Positions 60,401-64,000 of a DNA stretch of 64,000 nt are shown piece by piece. The notes beneath the pieces are model-generated. The model ran no database searches and had not been told where the DNA came from. It was given only the letters and a program-made list of their open reading frames with translations. The translations under genes were made by a program, and so were the position numbers. The stretch comes from Lytechinus pictus (lineage: Eukaryota): the NCBI RefSeq assembly GCF_037042905.1, contig NC_087246.1, forward strand, positions 17,360,001-17,424,000, read 5' to 3'. Numbering within the stretch: the stretch's first letter is position 1; each line of letters begins with the position of its first letter.

Positions 60401-63400
60401 ATACCTCATCAACCCTGAAAAAGAAAATGTAGACCTTGAAGCAAAACCATCACAGGTATGTCATATGTGACTTTCAGATACTCTCCTATGACCCCTCATT
60501 CAGTTTCTTTTTACCTGTTCAATGTCAAGTTATCAGGGCTTTTAACCCTAAATCTCCCGGGGTATTTTGATTCTTCTCATTCGGGGGGGGGGGGGTGCAT
60601 TATGGCCCTCCCTTAAGATTTCAGCCGCGGATTGCGCGATCACAACGAAAATTTGCATGATGGTAGAGAATGACGTAATCTACGCAGTTGCATTGGTAAA
60701 TTTCACTGAATTCATACATTTTTATTTTATATGAACTAATTATGCTAATTTATTCATGAAATCATACTTTTTGCTCTGATTCACTAAATAAAGCTCCTAG
60801 AATGCTATTTTTTGGTGAAAATACAATTGTGAATGAAAAAAATTCTGGTACCAAGACCGATTTCTTATGTATTTTATTGTTTTTAAAATTTCTTATGTAT
60901 TTCTTTGTTTTTTCACTTTTTTTTTTTTTTTCCCGATGGAAATCGTTCCAGACTTAATTCTGATCATAAACAAGGCAAAATTAATTAAGTTTAATCAGTA
61001 AAAGTAGAAATAATGATACATTTATGAATTTTGGCTAAATACACAATTTGCATTGGATTTGTACATGAAATCACGTTTATGAGCAATTTTGGGTCTGAAA
61101 TGCACTTACATAATGTCGCAATGGTCTCAAAATTTGCATGAGACTTGAAAGTAAAAAGTCAGTGAGCGGCGAGGTCACAAAATTTTGGGCAGCAGATATA
61201 TCGCGAAAATTGTCGAAGGGGGGCCATTATGGCCCCCCCCCCCAGGAGAATTAGGGTTAAAGGGGAATCCAACCCAAATAAAAACTTGTTTTTATAACGA
61301 AAAAAAAAATCAGACAAGTTGATAGGTGAAAGTTTGAACAATATTGGACAAACCACAAGAAAGTTATGAATTTTTAAATGTTGTAAATGTTGGTAATCAC
61401 TATACCCATGGAGACTTCAAATTGGCCGCATATGGGATGTCATAGTGATGTAAGGCAAGGACTACTCTTCCATGTACTCCAATACATATTATGGCTAAAA
61501 TGTGAATTTTCCCAAAAGTTTTATTTCAAATTATATTTTTCTTTCATGAGGACATAAAACAGTATACTACCTGGGTCATATTTAGATTACTGCCCCAGGG
61601 GAATGGGAACTTAGGAGAAAACCACAAATCCCTGATAATAAAGTACATGGCCTATTGGAAAGTTGTCCTTGCCCCTTGTCATAATTTACTTACCCAGTTG
61701 CCAATTTGAAATCTACATAGTATTAGTGATCTCAATTTTAAAGCAGCTATAACTTTCTTATTGCTTGTCCGATTTCTTTCAAACTTTCACCATTCTGTTC
61801 AATTTATTTTTCTCCTTCCCAAAACAACATGTCATGGCCAAGGCTGGATTCCCCTTTAAAGTGCATTGTTTAATATTATAGACTCACAAGACATGTCTTT
61901 TCGAGGCAAATGACAGTTTATCACTAAATGAGTTGTCTGAAAATAATAATAAATTAATTGTTTTTTTGTTGAAAATAAAACACATATTACCACTTCTTAC
62001 TGAGGTAGTGGGGGCAAATGCGTTACTGTTGGTAACTACTTAAGTCTGAAATGAGCAAAAAAAAATTTACAAAGAAATATAGAAGAAAATTGTAACAATT
62101 TTTTATTTCATGGTATGTACTAAATAGTTTGAATGTTTTTTTCTACAGGGAACATCTGAAGAAGCTGGTCCAAACAGGGAGATCACAGACATTGCTGCTG
62201 CTGCTCAGAGTTTACAGCCAACAGGATATACTCTCCTAGATACAGAGGTATGACAAACTGCTTAAATGCAATCAATTGTAGTGAATTCATAGTTTATTTC
62301 TTTGCTTTTATCTGGGAATAATCGTCATGAAAAATTACACACGGGTTAGCGCAAAGCCCTGGAAAACTGAAAGAAAACTAAAAGAAACTAGGAAAACCCC
62401 CCCCCCCAGAAAATTGGGGAGAGTCCATATGAACTGTAATACGTACATTGTAGCAAATTTGGGTTTGGAAGCGAAATTTTTTTTCCCCAAATAAAAATAT
62501 ATTTTTTCCCCCCTCCTGTCAATATGATAAATTCGTAATGCATGTCCCCCATGTTAAAGGGGAATCCAACCCAACTAAAAACTTGTTTTTATAAGAAAAA
62601 GAAAAATCAGACAAGTTGATAGGTGAAAGTTTGAACAATATTGGACAAACAACAAGAAAGTTATGAATTTTTAAAAGTTGTAAATATTGGTAATCACTAT
62701 ATACCCATCAGACTTCAAATTGGCCGCATATGGGATGTCATAGTGATGTAAGGCAAGGACTACTCTTCCATGTACTCCAATACATATTATGGCTAAAATA
62801 TGTCATTTTCCCCAAAAGTTTTATTTCAAATTATATTTTTCTCTCATGATGACATAAAACAATATACTACCTGGATTATAATTAGATTACTGCCCCAGGG
62901 AAATGGGTACATAGGAGAAAACCACAAATCCCTGATAATAAAGTACATGGCCTATGGGAAAGTTGTCCTTGCCCCTTGTCATAATTTACTTACCCAGTTG
63001 CCAATTTGAAATCTACATACTATTAGTGATCTCAATTTTAAAGCAGCTATAATTTTCTTATTGCTTGTCAGATTTCTTTCAAACTTTCGCCATTCTGTTC
63101 AATCTATTTTCTCCTTTCCTACACAACATTTTATGGCCAAGGCTGGATTCCCCTTTAAGTGTATCAAATTTTAGATATTTGTTAAAATGCCAACTGAAAA
63201 GAAAAAATAAAACCCATGAAATTAGTCATTTTATGGACATGTGGCGTGAAATTTTCTTTCACCTATAACTCCCAAGAGTCCAACATGTCTTGGTATCCAG
63301 CCATTAAGAATAATGCATATAAATTGTTTTGATGGCAAGCTTTATGTAATGGATTTAATGAACCAATGGAATGAGGTTTGACTATCCATATCTCCACAAC

Positions 63401-63639
63401 CTGATTCATGTAGGAAAGCTCTTTGGAAAAGGTAATAATAGGTCTTTCCTTTGCCTTGTAGGTTAAAACCAAAGTGCCCTTCTTGCTTCGTCACACCCTA
63501 CGTGAATACCAGCATATAGGACTGGACTGGTTGGTGACCATGCTGGAGAAGAAACTCAATGGTATCCTGGCAGATGAGATGGGTTTGGGCAAGACTATCC
63601 AAACCATTGCATTATTAAGCCATCTTGCCTGTGAAGAAG
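48471..63639 (+). CDS. SRCAP: Domino/SRCAP/EP400-family SWR1-type chromatin-remodelling ATPase, 5' part (continues beyond window)
   Basis: 13 phase-consistent GT-AG exons: 48471-49313, 49784-50066, 50487-50618, 52200-52393, 53276-53461, 54349-54489, 56124-56316, 56771-57042, 57459-57537, 59345-59548, 60322-60455, 62149-62247, 63462-63639. HSA domain ([37 protein letters not shown]), acidic linkers, [22 protein letters not shown]2 motif I ([30 protein letters not shown]). Confidence 0.95.
50643..51791. mobile_element. hAT-like MITE with perfect 8-bp TSD
   Basis: CATTTAAT|CAGGGTTG...CAACCCTG|CATTTAAT; GATTTAAATC subterminal repeats. Confidence 0.85.
51873..52009 (+). ncRNA. Box H/ACA snoRNA, SNORA3(ACA3)-like, copy 1
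   Basis: Hairpin GAGGCT..AGCCTC, H box AAATCA 51940-45, second hairpin, ACA 52004-06. Pockets CAGACTAGAGTC/GCTTA and TATCC/CACC match 28S UGAGC-UU-GACUCUAGUCUG and GGUG-UA-GGAUA. Confidence 0.85.
52742..52873 (+). ncRNA. Box H/ACA snoRNA predicted to guide two 18S rRNA sites, copy 1
   Basis: Hairpin CGGAGTG..CATTCCG, H box AGAACA 52799-804, ACA 52868-70. Pockets GGCAGG/CGTA and CTCATTC/ATTATAG lie 15 and 14 nt from the boxes. Confidence 0.85.
53667..53803 (+). ncRNA. Box H/ACA snoRNA, SNORA3-like, copy 2
   Basis: Near-identical to 51873-52009, with similarity ending right after ACA (53798-800). H box ACATCA 53734-39. Confidence 0.85.
54080..54175 (-). mobile_element. Degenerate tRNA-derived SINE
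   Basis: Minus strand GCTGAGTGGTCTAAGGTGCCTGAC...GATTTGATTCC: decayed A/B boxes, no intact cloverleaf. Confidence 0.5.
54774..54917 (+). ncRNA. Box H/ACA snoRNA, 3' pocket SNORA1(ACA1)-like (28S)
   Basis: TGCCATAT..ATGTGGCA hairpin, H box AGATAA 54837-42, GTCATGA..TCATGGC hairpin, ACA 54912-14. Pocket CTGCTT/CAATG, 14 nt from ACA, matches 28S CAUUG-UG-AAGCAG. Confidence 0.75.
54983..55770 (-). mobile_element. piggyBac-like MITE (TTAA TSD, CCCT...AGGG), inverted relative to the two downstream relatives
   Basis: TTAA|CCCTATCTAGGCCGGGG...CCCCGGCCTAGATAGGG|TTAA. Confidence 0.85.
57882..59215. mobile_element. Possible Crypton-type non-autonomous element hosting a piggyBac-like MITE
   Basis: Internal long hairpin (GGGGAACATCAAATATATTGCC / GGCAATATATTTGATGTTCCCC) with GCCCGAG..CGAGGGC core. 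No TIR/TSD seen; boundaries approximate. Confidence 0.4.
58093..58854 (+). mobile_element. piggyBac-like MITE
   Basis: TTAA|CCCTAA...TTAGGG|TTAA; interior related to 54983-55770 (reverse) and 60546-61256. Confidence 0.85.
59804..59936 (+). ncRNA. Box H/ACA snoRNA (18S-guide family), copy 2
   Basis: Near-identical to 52742-52873; H box ATATCA 59862-67, ACA 59931-33; both pockets unchanged. Confidence 0.85.
60546..61256 (+). mobile_element. piggyBac-like MITE
   Basis: TTAA|CCCTAA...TTAGGG|TTAA; right TTAA (61257-60) shared with the next element. Confidence 0.85.
61261..61855 (+). mobile_element. Kolobok-like MITE, copy A
   Basis: TTAA|AGGGGAATCCAACC...GGCTGGATTCCCCT|TTAA. Confidence 0.85.
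62558..63154 (+). mobile_element. Kolobok-like MITE, copy B (direct repeat of copy A)
   Basis: Same termini and TTAA flanks; highly similar interior. Confidence 0.85.
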
Positions 63640-63774
63640 GTAGGCTTTTATTCACTTATTCTATTTCTTTAGGTTTATTATTTGATTCTGCCATCCCATA
63701 GACTTTATCAGATTTAAAAGCATAGATAGGGTTATACATCCTGTTCAGTATTATGACTACTATTTAGGCCTGGG

Positions 63775-64000
63775 ACTTCCGGGTATTTTTGTTTTCGGGT
63801 ACCCGAGGCAATTTTCGGGCGGGTACCCGAAATTCATGTTGCATGAAATATGACAAGTGGAAAAAGCCCCATAGGTGACATCATCCAGCCACTGCGCCGC
63901 AAGCAAACTTATGCATGAAAATATAGTAAGCATGCGCAGTGCAAGCCTCCCGTGCCCCACGCATTATTCCATAAAAACAAGTCTGTAATACTCTGTCACC
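63775..64000 (+). mobile_element. Start of a hAT-like MITE (TAGGCCTGGG..., CGGGTACCCG repeats), truncated by window end
   Basis: TAGG terminus and repeated CGGGTACCCG subterminal motifs. Confidence 0.45.

Overview
AT-rich, intron- and repeat-rich animal genomic DNA. The repeat families and predicted rRNA targets suggest an invertebrate deuterostome, probably a sea urchin (inference). Protein genes: MED31 (+, 4 exons, with a 10.8-kb first intron full of nested transposons); two convergent group III (bee-venom-type) secreted phospholipase A2 paralogs; and the 5' half of a domino/SRCAP/EP400-family SWR1-type helicase (+, 13 coding exons, running off the end). The MED31 intron holds a near full-length CR1/L2(Crack)-group LINE whose ORF2 is broken only by one Helentron-associated (DINE-1/HINE-like) insertion. 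There are many MITEs (piggyBac-, Kolobok-, hAT-, Harbinger-, CACTA-like), decayed Tx1/L1 remnants, tRNA-derived SINEs and a 235-N gap. The best hidden signal is five intronic box H/ACA snoRNA genes of three families in the domino/SRCAP introns. Their pseudouridylation pockets can be read directly against 28S and 18S rRNA, and one duplicated family points at two 18S uridines I do not recall as human pseudouridine sites. Tiny CATG..CATG palindromes between 7-bp direct repeats look like P-superfamily excision footprints. All rRNA and homolog comparisons are from memory, not from searches.
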